A stretch of DNA of 64,000 nucleotides from a virus (Duplodnaviria; Heunggongvirae; Uroviricota; Caudoviricetes): IMG/VR virus record IMGVR_UViG_3300001357_000001, positions 1-64,000 of that record. One strand, 5' to 3'. The translations under genes were made by a program, and so were the position numbers. Position 1 is the first letter of the stretch; each line of letters opens with the position of its first letter. The notes below the pieces were generated by a model that saw only the letters and a list, made by a program, of their open reading frames with translations, searched no databases and had not been told where the DNA came from. This document shows positions 63,100-64,000 of this stretch, piece by piece.

Positions 63100-63480
63100 T
63101 ATGTTATCATAAACTTCTTTATCGATTTTAATCAGGAATTTAAAACTAGATTTCCTTACTGCATCTGTACTCATGCTTTCAATTTTCTCGATAATTTTTT
63201 CGTAAAAACTAATAACTCGTTTTAATTCACTCCATGACTTATCAAGACTAGTATAATCAACTGGATGACATTTTCTGGTCTGACAAGGATAATCAATTTG
63301 AGTAGGAAGAAAAACTACCATAGGACAAGCACTGCATTCATGTCTGTAATCTGAATCTACTATATATTCAATACATAATGCACAAGTATTTACTCTTGTT
63401 CTATGTATATTTTCTCTGTACTCATAAAGAATTTTTCTCAATGCAGTTAATAATTTTGTTTTTTTACTTTTTATAGGCAT
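63094..63480 (-). CDS. Cys-rich hypothetical protein
   Basis: multiple Cys and His residues (CALC ... HECSACP ... CQTRKCH). Confidence 0.35.
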   Translation of the reverse strand: MPIKSKKTKLLTALRKILYEYRENIHRTRVNTCALCIEYIVDSDYRHECSACPMVVFLPTQIDYPCQTRKCHPVDYTSLDKSWSELKRVISFYEKIIEKIESMSTDAVRKSSFKFLIKIDKEVYDNIL

Positions 63481-63504
63481 AATATTGTATTTTGTTTATA
63501 GTAA

Positions 63505-63535
63505 TTATACGAAGAAAAGGTAAAAAGGTTACAAT
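63505..63535 (-). promoter_or_regulatory. phage promoter-like motif (minus strand)
   Basis: reverse complement of TTATACGAAGAAAAGGTAAAAAGGTTACAA. Confidence 0.5.
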
Positions 63536-63575
63536 TTAAAATCCCTGTCAGTCTGGTTAACTGAATACAGGGATT
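63533..63575 (-). terminator. rho-independent terminator abutting a promoter; loop shares AGTTAACCAGACT with the 57751 hairpin
   Basis: AATCCCTGT-N17-ACAGGGATT followed by TTTTAAA on the minus strand. Confidence 0.5.
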
Positions 63576-63655
63576 AATAATATTATAAACTATCATCAGA
63601 AGTTTATCAGGCTTCTGACAAATACTTATACGATATAAAATAAAAATTGTTACAA

Positions 63656-63982
63656 TTATTGTAATTGCTTCAGTATTGCTTTGGCAATTCTCAACCTTTT
63701 AGCAAACCCTTCAGGATTTAGTTTAAACCAAAACTGACTATCATCATTAAATGCATAGCTATTATTGCAATCAAAAAATGTATCGGGCTTGTATTGTAAA
63801 AATTCAGGAATCGTAGTAAATATTTGAAGTTTTTTTGGATGTCGATAAATATCAACACCAAAATAATTACGGTAGATATTGCAAAATGACAACGTGTTAA
63901 GACGATAATAAGGATAAGCACGAGGATTAGTTAATACATCAATAACGTATTTAAGAAATCTTATCTTCTGTGCCTTTGGCAT
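63656..63982 (-). CDS. hypothetical protein, paralog of the ORF at 57016-57354
   Basis: see the 57016 entry. Confidence 0.45.
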   Translation of the reverse strand: MPKAQKIRFLKYVIDVLTNPRAYPYYRLNTLSFCNIYRNYFGVDIYRHPKKLQIFTTIPEFLQYKPDTFFDCNNSYAFNDDSQFWFKLNPEGFAKRLRIAKAILKQLQ

Positions 63983-64000
63983 CTTACTTCTAATAAATTT

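Noticed and set aside
1-64000. CRISPR array
   Set aside because: No regularly spaced identical direct repeats separated by unique spacers are present. The recurring motifs are promoters spaced by whole genes, or palindromic elements.

Overview
The window is AT-rich (about 30% GC) and densely packed with short genes. It reads as part of a large lytic-type dsDNA phage genome, myovirus/T4-like in its accessory repertoire. Genes run on the + strand from 1 to about 27.1 kb and on the - strand from about 27.3 to 64 kb.

Recognisable products:
- two C5 cytosine DNA methyltransferases
- a XerD-like tyrosine recombinase
- a GC-richer DNA-repair islet: a PNK-like P-loop kinase interrupted by an in-frame TAA, a T4 DenV-like pyrimidine-dimer glycosylase, and an HD hydrolase
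- a peptide deformylase fused to a SEC-C zinc motif
- rIIA-like (GHKL ATPase) and rIIB-like proteins
- endonuclease VII
- HNH, HNH-AP2 and LAGLIDADG homing endonucleases
- a radical SAM enzyme and a YopX protein
- NUDIX, SPFH-like and ParB/DGQHR-like proteins
- a SLOG (DUF2493) protein
- a stand-alone CheY-like receiver domain
- a truncated family-B DNA polymerase palm fragment
- at least one tRNA-like gene inside a 1.3 kb ORF-free stretch

A promoter-like motif, TTGTAACA-N13-15-TTTCGTATAAT, occurs at about 30 sites, each immediately upstream of a gene start.

The most striking feature is a family of 90-135 bp imperfect palindromic elements. Their termini match integron attC core sites (5' GCCTAAC / GCTAAC ... 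GTTAGGC / GTTATGC 3'), and their arms show conserved bulges and compensatory substitutions. They sit exactly between the stop of one small ORF and the start of the next, in a GC-richer 6 kb array inserted between rIIA and rIIB, and again after both methyltransferase genes. This looks like an integron-like or MITE-like gene-cassette system carried by a phage. The XerD-like recombinase is the only candidate recombinase in the window. All functional calls rest on motif recognition by eye and should be checked by HMM or BLAST searches.
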